From the human T2T-CHM13v2.0 reference genome, Homo sapiens: a stretch of DNA of 64,000 nt. The notes beneath the pieces are model-generated. The model did not search any database. It saw only the letters and a program-made list of their open reading frames with translations, and was not told the DNA's origin. How positions within the stretch are numbered: position 1 is the first letter of the stretch; each line of letters starts with the position of its first letter. Shown here piece by piece: positions 63,579 through 64,000 of the stretch. The stretch is from the NCBI RefSeq assembly GCF_009914755.1, contig NC_060932.1, one strand, 5' to 3'. The translations under genes and the position numbers were made by a program.

Positions 63579-63684
63579 GAAGGCTGACATGGCTGGTTTA
63601 CATTATTGGAGCAGTGATCGGTGGCCGGGTTTCTTTTGCCAGCACTGATGAGCAAGACGCCATGGATGGTGAGCTTGTCTGTCG
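63579..63684 (+). CDS. XPO7: Exportin-7 exon 13 (RLTWLVYII...GELVCR); gene continues beyond the window
   Basis: ctgcAG|GA...TCG|GTAAGT; 106 nt, phase 1/2. Confidence 0.97.
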
Positions 63685-64000
63685 GTAAGTGCTCCCCACA
63701 GAAGCTCTCCACTCTGCCTTGCTGGCACTTCTCCACTCCCCGATAGGGTCCTCTCCACTTACAGAACGTAATCTGAACATGCTAACTGCCCATGAGACAC
63801 AGCTTTCAAGGCTTTTGTAAGTGCCATGATAACTCTGCCTATGATCTTTACTTTAAAATAAAAAACCAGCAATAATTCAGAAAGGAAATAATGGATACGG
63901 AATTAGGAAAACTAAAGCAGAGATTCTCTGTTAGGTCTTTTTACGAATAGTATCTCAGAGTTAGTAAAATATGGACTGCTTTTGCCATCCCAAAATAAGT

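Noticed and set aside
63666-63674. Internal donor-like ATG|GTGAGC in exon 13
   Set aside because: 16 nt upstream of a consensus GTAAGT donor, frameshifting, and dictated by codons; no support for use

Overview
Human/hominoid genomic DNA, not microbial. It lies wholly within XPO7 (exportin-7/RanBP16, + strand): about 44.8 kb of the long first intron (canonical exon 1, MADHVQ, is upstream of the window), an internal alternative first exon encoding MRDPGRK (ATG 44270) with an erythroid-type promoter, then coding exons 2-13. All exons have GT-AG boundaries and phases that splice into one open frame matching XPO7 from SLAQLE to GELVCR. The introns carry about 25 Alus/FLAMs, a 5'-truncated old-subfamily SVA, and old L1, L2, MIR, CR1, LTR and DNA-transposon remnants. 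Nearly all ORFs in the ORF track are repeat-derived or intronic artefacts. Most interesting observations: (i) three in-frame GTAAGTG donors at exon 5, the third adding a 36-aa very hydrophobic insert; (ii) a ~210-bp local inverted duplication that captures a MER82/Alu junction; (iii) the KLF/E-box-N9-GATA promoter of exon 1b; (iv) candidate frameshifting splice choices. I found no evidence for a wholly new gene or system. Repeat family names and edges are recalled by eye and approximate.
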